Assembly: GCA_023247255.1 (NCBI GenBank)
Contig: JAHFGV010000004.1
Span: 20,023 to 84,022, forward strand
Origin: Candidatus Omnitrophota bacterium
Lineage (GTDB): Bacteria > Omnitrophota > Gorgyraeia > Aquiviventales > Aquiviventaceae
Reading direction: 5' to 3'
DNA length: 64,000 nucleotides
Positions 31,917-41,009 of the stretch are shown in pieces. Position 1 is the stretch's first letter. Each line of letters starts with the position of its first letter. The notes under the pieces were generated by a model, which saw only the letters and a program-made list of their open reading frames with translations, was not told where the DNA came from and did not search any database. The position numbers and the translations under genes were made by a program.

Positions 31917-32550
31917 ACAGCACCACTTTAAGCGTGACGTTTAACAGAGCAATGGACCCATGCTTGGCTTCGAGATCCATCCCTTCCACTCGGACAAGAC
32001 AAGGAAACGTTTTTCCCGTAACCGCTTCGAGATAATCCAGGACGTCACGGAATCGACCCTCTACGTTGAGGACAAGAGGAAGACGCAAACAGACTGAGCC
32101 GTTGAACTTGACCGTTTGGCCTTCTCCATCCTTAGCGGACTCCAGGTTACCCTGCGCGACATTCACTAAGCGAAGATTCGAATGCCCCACTTGTTTTACC
32201 AACACATCTAAGAGTCGCGGGATTTGTTCACTGGATGGAAAGCGCTCAGCCAACTGTTGAAGAATCTGGTTTTGCTCTTCCATCCAAGCGGCAGCTCCAC
32301 CGGCTTCTTGAAGGAAGCTTTCTGTCTGGTGAACCTGTCGGGATAATTGGTCGATCTGGTTTCGCAGCTGTCGGGATTTCTGTGCCGTCGGTAGATACTG
32401 AAGGGTCCAGGTGAGCCCTGTCAGGGCGACACCGATCAAGGCTACAGAGCTGTAGAAGACACGCGGATCTATAACCCGTTCCAAAATCATCGCGGGTTTC
32501 GGATTTCTGATTGTCGATTTTTCCATCGTTCGATCTTCAACCATACGCAA
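31900..32550 (-). CDS. pilO: PilO-like type IV pilus assembly protein
   Basis: Bitopic protein with a TM helix (VALIGVALTGLTWTLQY), a coiled coil and a periplasmic alpha/beta domain. Sits between the PilM-PilN and PilP genes. Confidence 0.55.
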   Translation of the reverse strand: MRMVEDRTMEKSTIRNPKPAMILERVIDPRVFYSSVALIGVALTGLTWTLQYLPTAQKSRQLRNQIDQLSRQVHQTESFLQEAGGAAAWMEEQNQILQQLAERFPSSEQIPRLLDVLVKQVGHSNLRLVNVAQGNLESAKDGEGQTVKFNGSVCLRLPLVLNVEGRFRDVLDYLEAVTGKTFPCLVRVEGMDLEAKHGSIALLNVTLKVVLYVHGS

Positions 32551-32578
32551 TGCAAAATCGCACGCTTTCCTCTCGTCT

Positions 32579-34162
32579 TTACAGGTGGGGTACCTTGCGC
32601 GATTTTGATTGACAGGTCAGGGTAAAATTCACAAGCCCGGTATCATTGCCACTGCGTTGGCTAGAGCCCAAACGGACATCTTCACAGAAACGATCTTTGG
32701 CCAACCACATAGCCATCTCCGACACGTAGCCTTCGGGAGATTCCTCACGGGTCTGGGCTTCAGCGTTCATCTCGATTCCTTCAGGATAAATCGACAACTT
32801 CCTGAGACGCACAGGGCTGGGAAACTTGCGGGCAAGTCGTTTTAACCATTCGGCAGAGAGCGATTCCTCAGTTTCACTCAACTGGTGGACCACCTGAGTT
32901 TGCTCGGTAACCGTGTTGGCAACCGAGGTCATCGGCTCCAGGACCTTCCAGCGTTGTTGCCATTGAGCAAGCTGTCGCTGATACTGGGACTGTTGCCATA
33001 GGGTAGTGCCAATCACCAGCCACAATCCCAAAAGGACAAGACACAAGCCTTGAATAGCGATCCGCTCGAATCGAATCCAGCGATGGATGACTCGAGACGA
33101 CTGAGGTAAAAGATTTACGGTCGAAGCTTCCTCTGCCAGAAGCAATCCACAGGTCGGACTATAGGCGGGAAGATCCTGTCCCAATAAGGAATGAACGGTC
33201 AATCGTTTCACGGCAAGGCCCGAGTGCCGTGAGAGCCAGCGATCAAACCCAGCAAGCTGAGATCCACCGCCGCAGAGTAATAGCTGTTGCGGTTCTACTT
33301 CAGGATGGCTCTGGACGCAAAAGGCTATCGTCCGCTGAATCTCTCCCAGCCATTGTTCCAACACGGGCTGCAGCATAGCCCGATAAGTCGCTACCGGAAG
33401 GCGACCTTCCAGAAGAGAAATCGCGGCATCATCTTCGGGCAATCCCACCTGACATTTGAGCGCTTCGGCCTGTTCCCAAGAAAGCTTTAGCATCTGTTCA
33501 TCGGATACCACGACTTGAGTCATTAATACTTCGGTGAGGGAGTTTGACCCAAGCGCAAGCTCTCGAGCAAAAAGCAAGTGTCGCTGAGCGACGATCGCCA
33601 AAGTGGAATGTCGGGCTCCCAGTTCGAACAAAAGGGTTGGATCCTGCTCAAACCAATCCTGGGTCTGAGCGAGTGCGACGAGGGCTTCAGCCGTCGAATA
33701 GATATGGGTTGGAATCCATCCCGCCTGCCAAAGGATCTGCACCTGTTCCTGTAGATGCTGGACATCACAGGCTGCAGCTTGAATCGTACATTCCAAAGCC
33801 CCATTGACCGGGCGCTTGCTCAACAACCGATAACGAACATGACGCCGCTGTGCCTCAAATGGAAACAAGCTGGGCAAACGATCTTGCAAGGCCTTAGGAA
33901 TCTGATCCGTGGAGGAGACAGAGAGCTTGAGCACACGCAGATGGCTTTGAGGAGCAGCCATCACCACCTGAGACTCATAACGCAACCGCCTCAGCGGATA
34001 CAGAAGCTGGCGCAAATTCCTGGCCACATCTTCCAATGAATCAGAACTCAGTCGAGGCTTCTGATCGAAATGCCACTGGGCAGGTTGTGTCCGTGAAGAA
34101 CCGACCCATACCACCTTGACGGTATGGGCACCAATCTCAATACCCACTCGAATACGATTCAT
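32579..34162 (-). CDS. pilM: PilM-PilN fusion (actin-like ATPase-fold cytoplasmic domain, TM, periplasmic domain)
   Basis: N-terminus MNRIRVGIEIGAHTVKVVWVGSS (PilM/FtsA-like). Internal TM helix IAIQGLCLVLLGLWLVIGTTLW, followed by a PilN-like coiled coil and periplasmic region. Confidence 0.7.
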   Translation of the reverse strand: MNRIRVGIEIGAHTVKVVWVGSSRTQPAQWHFDQKPRLSSDSLEDVARNLRQLLYPLRRLRYESQVVMAAPQSHLRVLKLSVSSTDQIPKALQDRLPSLFPFEAQRRHVRYRLLSKRPVNGALECTIQAAACDVQHLQEQVQILWQAGWIPTHIYSTAEALVALAQTQDWFEQDPTLLFELGARHSTLAIVAQRHLLFARELALGSNSLTEVLMTQVVVSDEQMLKLSWEQAEALKCQVGLPEDDAAISLLEGRLPVATYRAMLQPVLEQWLGEIQRTIAFCVQSHPEVEPQQLLLCGGGSQLAGFDRWLSRHSGLAVKRLTVHSLLGQDLPAYSPTCGLLLAEEASTVNLLPQSSRVIHRWIRFERIAIQGLCLVLLGLWLVIGTTLWQQSQYQRQLAQWQQRWKVLEPMTSVANTVTEQTQVVHQLSETEESLSAEWLKRLARKFPSPVRLRKLSIYPEGIEMNAEAQTREESPEGYVSEMAMWLAKDRFCEDVRLGSSQRSGNDTGLVNFTLTCQSKSRKVPHL

Positions 34163-34194
34163 CCAATTACCAAGAATGCCGGTGGGAGCAATCG

Positions 34195-34385
34195 CGTGCC
34201 CTCAATCCAGTGGCGAGGAGGTGTTAGCAGGCTGGGAAAAAGTCCCGCAGCGCTCAAGGCTGAGAGAATTTTCGATTGTCGATTTGTTGTGTTTTTCAAT
34301 CGGCAATCGACGATTGACAATCGACAATTCGTTGGGCCTCCGCCTCCAGCCAACCGCTAACAGCCCCGATCCCTGAACAAATAGG
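34195..34385. repeat. family-A fragment plus family-B palindromic element copy
   Basis: Reads gagaattttcgattgtcgatttgttgtgtttttcaatcggcaatcgacgattgacaatcgacaattcgttgggcc, which is related to the 2800-3010 and 61420-61510 / 62070-62300 copies. Confidence 0.6.
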
Positions 34386-34402
34386 TGTTTTCCCGTAACC
34401 TG

Positions 34403-34624
34403 TTAGCGCAACCTAAGCCACACATAGAGCGCGGAGGCCAGGCAAAAAACCCCTGAACCTAAAAGGCACAGACCGACACTCATACGGTACTGCATCACTA
34501 CTTGATCCAGCTTACCCCAGGATCGGCTGGTAGACTTACTGAGTCTCTGGAATTGTTTGGAAAACCAAAGCAGACCAATGCCGCCGACCACCGAAATGAT
34601 CCCTGCAATCATTGTGAGAATCAT
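34403..34624 (-). CDS. small two-TM membrane protein (hypothetical)
   Basis: 73 aa with two hydrophobic helices (MILTMIAGIISVVGGIGLLWF; VGLCLLGSGVFCLASALYVWL). Confidence 0.3.
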   Translation of the reverse strand: MILTMIAGIISVVGGIGLLWFSKQFQRLSKSTSRSWGKLDQVVMQYRMSVGLCLLGSGVFCLASALYVWLRLR

Positions 34625-34689
34625 CAGTCAACCTCACTCTTTGAACACCCGCAAGAACGCTGGCCTATCGGAACCGAATGGCAACTGAA

Positions 34690-34990
34690 GAACTGACGTC
34701 ACGCCGCGCCTCTGCTTCATCGATATCTCCATTACCCGTTTGAACGACAAACGCAACGTCGACTCGTCGAATACTGCCTGTAGCCGGCCCATATCCGGGT
34801 GCTGCAATCTAAGGTTCCCGTGGCATCATAATACCGGAACAAGGCTCGTGAGGGCAAGTCTGAGTACACACAAAAGACTGGGCTGATGCGCTTCGCCGAT
34901 CGGCATCGCTCGTCCCACCACCGGCTGGGTTCACGCAACGCGAACGGCAGCCGTGCTCCTTACCTGTGGCGAGAGAGCAAGTGGTGGAAT
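34690..34990 (-). pseudogene. degenerate duplicate of the 3' end of the upstream minor-pilin-like gene (35095..35778)
   Basis: DNA and protein similarity: DLPSRALFRYYDATGTL here versus DSPSRRLFRYYDTNGMA in the 227-aa protein. Similarity continues with frame changes, and there is no start, signal or class-III pilin N-terminus. Confidence 0.5.
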
Positions 34991-35094
34991 CGTCGTCGAC
35001 GTATCGCTCAGGACTGATCCGTCTTCCTCCTCGTTCCGTGCGCAGCTTACACCTAAAACCCAGCGCGACCGCGTTGGTATTTTGTTAGGGGCTC

Positions 35095-35778
35095 TTAAGG
35101 AAAGCGAATCGCTATAGAGGAAGTCACATCCACACGGGCATCTGCGCGATCAAAATTCCCAGCACCTGTCTGAGCAACGAAGGCGATGTCGATCCGACGA
35201 ATCGACGAAAGCCCTGCTCCGCAGCCAGGTGCCGTCATCGCCATACCATTTGTATCGTAATATCGGAATAACCGACGCGATGGAGAATCCAACACGCGCA
35301 CAACCCCTACGGCATCATAGGGGATAACCTCCTCTGATGATGGCGACGGAGGGGAACAGGCATTGTTGGAATAAATGCTCCGTTTAATCGACTCGCCGTC
35401 CAGACGAAGGAGAACGTACTGATTATCAGCCGTCGTAGCAGGGTTGTGCGGAAGGAGAAACCCAACTCTTTGATCTTCGGCAATCCAGATGGCGTTTTGT
35501 AAGGGGCTCGATTGCCTAGCCGCGTACCGTAAACCAGGCAGGGCCTGCCCAGTAAGCGTTGAGAAACTCCCCTCCACACAGGCATGGATGACTTCAAGCG
35601 CCGTACGATTGACGAGTTGCGAGCGTGGCAAAAACATAAACGAACGGCTTCCCTGCAATACCAATGGAGGTACGCTGATGGCAAGAATCCCCACCAAGCC
35701 TATCACGAGAGCTAATTCGACAAGCGTCAACCCTCGGCAATATCCTGATACAACATGCGACGGCGACAAGCGACTCAT
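35095..35778 (-). CDS. minor pilin / pseudopilin (prepilin-type N-terminal methylation domain)
   Basis: RGLTLVELALVIGLVGILAISVPPL class-III signal-like N-terminus (G/LTLVE). Confidence 0.65.
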   Translation of the reverse strand: MSRLSPSHVVSGYCRGLTLVELALVIGLVGILAISVPPLVLQGSRSFMFLPRSQLVNRTALEVIHACVEGSFSTLTGQALPGLRYAARQSSPLQNAIWIAEDQRVGFLLPHNPATTADNQYVLLRLDGESIKRSIYSNNACSPPSPSSEEVIPYDAVGVVRVLDSPSRRLFRYYDTNGMAMTAPGCGAGLSSIRRIDIAFVAQTGAGNFDRADARVDVTSSIAIRFP

Positions 35779-35779
35779 G

Positions 35780-36205
35780 TCACATACCGAACAAGACGTG
35801 TTTCGTCCGATAGCTGATTAACCTAGCCAGCGGATCACTCGAACCGGCTTTGGTTACAGTAACTTGAAGGCGTTTCACACCTTGTTGCGTGGTAGCCGTG
35901 GAACAGCATTCACCGAGCACACAACTTACTTGCCGCGTCAGATCGTACGGATAGCCCTTATAGAGAGGAATAACCGTCGTCACCGGTCTTCCGCTAGGAC
36001 AATCAATAGCTGGTGAAGTGAAGAAATCATTAAAGCTATCGAGATACTCCATCTCGTACTGAGCCAGTTGGGTTGCGACGACTGAATCCTGCGATCCCAA
36101 GGCAGCCCACATGTGCTGATGCAGCAACAGCCCTGTCGGAATGCCAATAATCCCCAGAAGCCCAATCGTCAGTGCTAATTCTACCATCGTCAAGCCACGT
36201 CTCAT
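35780..36205 (-). CDS. minor pilin / pseudopilin (GspI/PilV-like)
   Basis: MRRGLTMVELALTIGLLGIIGIP class-III signal-like N-terminus. Confidence 0.65.
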   Translation of the reverse strand: MRRGLTMVELALTIGLLGIIGIPTGLLLHQHMWAALGSQDSVVATQLAQYEMEYLDSFNDFFTSPAIDCPSGRPVTTVIPLYKGYPYDLTRQVSCVLGECCSTATTQQGVKRLQVTVTKAGSSDPLARLISYRTKHVLFGM

Positions 36206-37290
36206 GGGCTTTTAGTAGCCAACTCCCGATACGAGAGTAGCCGACCTATCCCTGTTCGCTCTTCTGCGTCACTGTCACACTGGTTTGTCGCGCTAATCGT
36301 GGCACAAGCTCGATATTCAGCCTGGAGCCGGCGCCAAAGGACAAATGGAAAAGCCCCTTTGCGTACCTCGCCTATGGATCGGATCGTGAAGTCAGCGGAG
36401 CGATTGGATATGCCCGGCTCGTAGCGACTGCTCCGTGTCGAGGCATCGCTCATCGTAAAATCCACACGTATCCACTCCTTGCTGCTCATGTCTAGAGTGA
36501 AGTAGATGCGGTTATCGGTCCAGCGTTGCCCTGGTGAAATCGCTCTATCCGTGATATTGATGGACGTGCCACTTCCGGGTGGTGTCGTGCAGCTCGGCGT
36601 CGTCCAGACTGTATTGTTGTTCTGCAACCTGATGCTTAGAACTCCTTCACCCAAATTTGGGGACCAACTAATGGCCATGCGATCTATAACCAAGGAAGAG
36701 CCACCGTTAGCCAAGACATTCCTAACAACCCACGATTGGAAGCGATTGCGCGACCCACATACAGAGGACCCTCCACCTGTAGTGGCAAACGAACCAGGTT
36801 TCATATTAACTAGCAAGAAATCAGCCATTGGACCGTTAGCCTGTTCGTTGCCCAGGATAAATACATCATCATCACTCTGGCCTGACAAGGATCCTGCGTC
36901 TACTGTGTAGTCTGGCTGAAGACCAAGCCTCACGCCAGTGCCCTGTCTGAAATCATAGAGTGCCTGCATGACGCCGGCTTGGGCGAGGCTGATGGCTTCG
37001 ATCTCGTTTTCTCGAAGGCTCAAGACCCGTCGGCTCTCTGCCAAGGTTAGAGACACCCCGCTCATAGCAGTAAAGACGCTGCTCAAGATGACAATCAGCC
37101 CCACCAACACCCAGCCTTGCTCAGGGACCCCTTTGGCAGCTTCCCCGCTCTGTCTGCCGTCACACATGATACCTTTCCCAACCCAATCACTCAAACCTCC
37201 CTGTTGCCTGGGTGTAGGTATAGGTGACGTCGGTGCCAACCGGGGCATCGAACTTGTAGGTATTGGCGCTTTCCTGACTCCAGTTCCCAT
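36202..37290 (-). CDS. GspK/PilX-like large minor pilin
   Basis: Hydrophobic N-terminal helix (EQGWVLVGLIVILSSVFTAMSG) followed by a ~300-aa periplasmic domain. Lies between the major pilin and the minor pilins. The likely start is ~37167, which avoids overlap with the pilin gene. Confidence 0.45.
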   Translation of the reverse strand: MGTGVRKAPIPTSSMPRLAPTSPIPTPRQQGGLSDWVGKGIMCDGRQSGEAAKGVPEQGWVLVGLIVILSSVFTAMSGVSLTLAESRRVLSLRENEIEAISLAQAGVMQALYDFRQGTGVRLGLQPDYTVDAGSLSGQSDDDVFILGNEQANGPMADFLLVNMKPGSFATTGGGSSVCGSRNRFQSWVVRNVLANGGSSLVIDRMAISWSPNLGEGVLSIRLQNNNTVWTTPSCTTPPGSGTSINITDRAISPGQRWTDNRIYFTLDMSSKEWIRVDFTMSDASTRSSRYEPGISNRSADFTIRSIGEVRKGAFPFVLWRRLQAEYRACATISATNQCDSDAEERTGIGRLLSYRELATKSP

Positions 37291-37648
37291 CGGATAGAGG
37301 CTGGGTCAGCACCAATTCAAAACAAGGACTACCCATTCCTGTACTGCAACTGGATGGAAAATCCCCAGCACCCGGTTGTGTTCCACCCGTAGTCCCTCCC
37401 CATGTCGCTTCCAGATCATCCGGAAAGGTATCCGAATCAGGAGTAGCTTGGACTTGATTCTTTGACGCCACCAACATGATCCCAGCCCTGAGGGATCCGA
37501 CTATCCCATCCCGCTGAGCCGTGTAGGCTTGGGTCCGGATGTCAATGAATCGAGGAACAGCAATTGCCGCAAGGATCCCCAAGATTGAAATGACGACGAC
37601 CAATTCGATCAATGTAAAACCTAAAGAACGTCTCTTGATGCGGTTCAT
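37187..37648 (-). CDS. pilA: type IV major pilin / GspG-like pseudopilin
   Basis: MNRIKRRSLGFTLIELVVVISILGILAAIAVPRF is the canonical prepilin leader with G/FTLIE and the N-terminal alpha helix. Confidence 0.85.
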   Translation of the reverse strand: MNRIKRRSLGFTLIELVVVISILGILAAIAVPRFIDIRTQAYTAQRDGIVGSLRAGIMLVASKNQVQATPDSDTFPDDLEATWGGTTGGTQPGAGDFPSSCSTGMGSPCFELVLTQPLSDGNWSQESANTYKFDAPVGTDVTYTYTQATGRFE

Positions 37649-37651
37649 TTC

Positions 37652-38725
37652 TCAACCTCCTGACTGTTTGAACAACTTCACCATATCCCACATGGGAACT
37701 AATACCGCCGTGGCCATAAGCAAAACACCCAGGCTCACTACAATCAACAGGGCCGGCTCAATATAAGTGATCAACCTCTTCACCAGATACGTCACCTGTT
37801 GGTCGTAGTAGTCGGCGATGCTCCCCAACAACTCATCCAAACGACCTGTTTCTTCCCCCGTCCTGACCATTTGAAGGACGATGGGTGGAAACAGATGATC
37901 GGCCGCTAAGGCGCGCGCCAACGTCTCACCTCCCTTCACTCGTTCGCGTACCCCTGACAATCCTTTTTGGATATACCTGTTATTAATGCTGTCCCCAGAC
38001 AGCGCGAGGGTATCCAGAATCGGCATTCCGCTTGCAGTCAACGTGGAAACCATGCGGGCAAAACGAGACATCAACAATTCCATATACAACTTTCCCATGA
38101 TCGGAAGACGTAGAAGATTGCGATGCCACCAGAGTTTCCCTCGCTCGGTACGCAGCAAACGCCACCAAGCACAACCCGCTGCGAGCAGCCCGAGTCCTAA
38201 CAACCATCCATATCCAACCAACAGTCGACTGAGTCCCATGACCAATCGCGTCTGAATCGGCAACTGAATCTTCATCGAACTGAAAAATTCAGTAAATCGA
38301 GGCAGGACAAACACGATCATCACCGACAGAGCGACAAGTAAAGTGGCCACCACGATGATGGGATATTGCAAGGCTTGAGCGATCTTAGACCGCAGCTCAA
38401 TCTCCCATGCCGTTAGATCGGCAATGCGCTTCAGGACATCATCGAGCGCCCCAGCCTGTTCTCCAACACGGATCAGCCCGACGAATAGAGGATCGAATAC
38501 ACCGGACTGCCGGGCAAAGGCCTGGGAGAGGGTATGACCATTCGTGAGATCTTGATAAATGACTTCCAGGACTTGTCGTAGACGACTGGATGGCAATTGC
38601 TCCTCCAAAGATTGAAGGCTGGAAAGGATAGGCACCCCTGCGCGCTGCAACACATGAAGTTGCCGAGCGAACAGATAACGATCCTCCAAGCTGACTCGTT
38701 GCGAGAATTTCAGTCTCCGAAACAT
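37652..38725 (-). CDS. pilC: type IV pilus / T2SS inner-membrane platform protein
   Basis: GspF/PilC family: ...FARQLHVLQRAGVPILSSLQ...GLIRVGEQAGALDDVL...VRTGEETGRLDELL...PALLIVVSLGVLLMATAVLVPMWDM. Confidence 0.85.
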   Translation of the reverse strand: MFRRLKFSQRVSLEDRYLFARQLHVLQRAGVPILSSLQSLEEQLPSSRLRQVLEVIYQDLTNGHTLSQAFARQSGVFDPLFVGLIRVGEQAGALDDVLKRIADLTAWEIELRSKIAQALQYPIIVVATLLVALSVMIVFVLPRFTEFFSSMKIQLPIQTRLVMGLSRLLVGYGWLLGLGLLAAGCAWWRLLRTERGKLWWHRNLLRLPIMGKLYMELLMSRFARMVSTLTASGMPILDTLALSGDSINNRYIQKGLSGVRERVKGGETLARALAADHLFPPIVLQMVRTGEETGRLDELLGSIADYYDQQVTYLVKRLITYIEPALLIVVSLGVLLMATAVLVPMWDMVKLFKQSGG

Positions 38726-38731
38726 CTCTTC

Positions 38732-40468
38732 CTAGGCTGTGGGTATTGGCTGTATCTCTTCAGGAACCACGCGATCCAGCTCATCCAACGTCGTTAACCC
38801 TTCCTGCACTTTGCGCAATCCATCCATGCGCATAGTCTTCATCCCCGCAGAAAGTGCCATCTCTTTGAGTTTATGCGTGGGACAACGTTCGGCTACCAAA
38901 GCCTTGCTTCGCTCATCGATGCGAAACAATTCAAAGACACCCATGCGTCCTGAAAATCCCGTCTGGCGGCAAAATCGACAGCCTCGCCCACGAAAGAGTT
39001 TCTGAAGATGGGGGTGGCGCTGCTGAACCTGAAGCGGAGGCTTTTCTTCTTGACGACAGCTCGTACAAATTTTTCTGACCAATCGTTGCGCCACGATCCC
39101 CAGGAGGGTGCTGGACAAAAGATAGGATTCTACACCCATATCAATCAGCCGGGCAACGGTTCCTACTGCATCGTTGGTATGCAGAGTCGACAGTACCAAA
39201 TGACCCGTGAGTGCAGCGTGGATCGCGATTTCGGCAGTCTCACGGTCCCGGATCTCACCGACCATGATCACATCGGGATCTTGCCGAAGGAGCGAGCGAA
39301 GCCCTGTAGCGAAAGTAACCCCCGCTTTCAGATTGATCTGCGTCTGCCGGATCAGTGGCAGTCGATACTCTACCGGGTCTTCAATGGTCATGATGTTCTT
39401 GGCCACTGAGTTGATCTGCGTTAAAGCCCCATACAAGGTCGTCGTCTTGCCGGATCCTGTTGGCCCGGTGACCAAGACCATTCCATGCGGACGCTGGATA
39501 AGGTCAGCAAACTGGGCCAAGACCTGTGCCGAAAACCCCAAGGCCTCCAGGCTTAGGAGAAGGCTTTGATGGTCCAAGAGACGAAGCACAAGATTTTCCC
39601 CAAACAGAGTCGGGTACGTGGACAACCGAACATCGATCAATCGTCCTTCAACAGTCAATGGGAAATGACCGTCTTGCGGCAAGCGATGTTCGGTGATATC
39701 CAGTTTAGCCAGCAACTTTATCCGCGAGGTCATCGCTTCATGCAACGTGACAGGAAGCAGTTTCACTTCTAGGAGCACACCGTCCACCCGATACCGAATC
39801 CGCAGGTTGTTTTCTTCGGGTTCAAGATGGATATCTGAAGCCTTCGCTTCAATCGCTTCCCTCATCAAAGCATCAACCAGTTTTACCACAGGGACTTCTT
39901 CAGCCACGGACGAAACGGCCACAAGCTTCTCTTTCCCAGAAATCCCAACGCTCGATGGAGTCGAAACCCCCGTGAGTGTGGAAGAACTCACCGAGTGCTG
40001 AGCCGCTTGCTCGACAACCCGATGTCCGTAATGACGATCGATCGCTTTACGAATCGCACTGGGATTGCTCACCACAGGCTGGATCACCGGTACCTGGCTG
40101 GCCAAACGCACCTCATCGATCGCAATGGCATTCCACGGGTCAGTAATGGCCACCGTCAGGGAATTACCAATCCGATAGAGGGGCAGCAGGGTATGTTTAC
40201 GCGCCACAGACTCAGGGACTAGCTCAAGTACCTTGGAATCAATCTGGTAGTCCAAGACTTCAAGATAAACGACACCGGACGATTCCGCCTTCAGCTGCGC
40301 AATCGCCTCCTCAGTCAAAATCCCGGAATGAATCAACACTTCCACGACATCCTGGCCGGTCTGCCGGGATTTGGCTTGCGCCGATTGAAGATCGGTCTCC
40401 TTGAGGAACCCCTTGCTGAGCGCCTGACGTTGCCAACCTTCTTTCAAACGCACCAATGCCTCAGTCAT
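38732..40468 (-). CDS. pilB: type IV pilus / T2SS assembly ATPase
   Basis: GspE/PilB: N-terminal GSPII_E_N-like domains, Walker A LVTGPTGSGKTTTLY, the Asp box, and a C-terminal tetracysteine (CTSCRQ...CRFCRQ). Confidence 0.9.
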   Translation of the reverse strand: MTEALVRLKEGWQRQALSKGFLKETDLQSAQAKSRQTGQDVVEVLIHSGILTEEAIAQLKAESSGVVYLEVLDYQIDSKVLELVPESVARKHTLLPLYRIGNSLTVAITDPWNAIAIDEVRLASQVPVIQPVVSNPSAIRKAIDRHYGHRVVEQAAQHSVSSSTLTGVSTPSSVGISGKEKLVAVSSVAEEVPVVKLVDALMREAIEAKASDIHLEPEENNLRIRYRVDGVLLEVKLLPVTLHEAMTSRIKLLAKLDITEHRLPQDGHFPLTVEGRLIDVRLSTYPTLFGENLVLRLLDHQSLLLSLEALGFSAQVLAQFADLIQRPHGMVLVTGPTGSGKTTTLYGALTQINSVAKNIMTIEDPVEYRLPLIRQTQINLKAGVTFATGLRSLLRQDPDVIMVGEIRDRETAEIAIHAALTGHLVLSTLHTNDAVGTVARLIDMGVESYLLSSTLLGIVAQRLVRKICTSCRQEEKPPLQVQQRHPHLQKLFRGRGCRFCRQTGFSGRMGVFELFRIDERSKALVAERCPTHKLKEMALSAGMKTMRMDGLRKVQEGLTTLDELDRVVPEEIQPIPTA

Positions 40469-40487
40469 GATGTTCTGAATCTGTCCT

Positions 40488-41009
40488 TCAAACGTTTGGC
40501 GAGCGATCAGGAGTTTCCTTGGGAACTAAAGAATAGATCTGTTTCAACAATTCATGAGCCTTGAACGGCTTTCGAATATAGAGATCAGCCCCGCATTCGA
40601 TTCCGAGTTTCTCATCCTGCTCTTGGGTTCTTGCTGTGAACATCATGATGGGTATGTGCTTAAATTTCTGGTCGAATTTCAACAGACGGCATACTTCATA
40701 ACCGTTTAATTTGGGAAGCATCAGGTCAAGGATAATCAAATGGGGTTGATCCATTTGAGCCTTCTTCAACGCTTCTTGACCATCTGAGGCTATGCTGATT
40801 TCATAACCTTCGGCTTCCAAGCGCCGGCCAAGCATCTTCACAATTAAAGGTTCATCATCGACGAGCAGAATGCGTATTTTTTCAGACATCCACAACCTCC
40901 TTCTTTCCCCAACGAGCGGGCACAATCCCAGATGGTTCACGGGACACAATGCCACGGGCGGACGATAACAATTCCTCCGGTGTACGACCATCTTCGGGAA
41001 AACAGGCAC
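40488..41009 (-). CDS. single-domain response regulator (CheY-like receiver)
   Basis: ILLVDDEPLIVKMLGRRLEAEGYEISIASDGQEALKKAQMDQPHLIILDLMLPKLNGYEVCRLLK. The likely start is MSEKIRILLVDDE at ~40889. Confidence 0.8.
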   Translation of the reverse strand: MPVFPKMVVHRRNCYRPPVALCPVNHLGLCPLVGERRRLWMSEKIRILLVDDEPLIVKMLGRRLEAEGYEISIASDGQEALKKAQMDQPHLIILDLMLPKLNGYEVCRLLKFDQKFKHIPIMMFTARTQEQDEKLGIECGADLYIRKPFKAHELLKQIYSLVPKETPDRSPNV

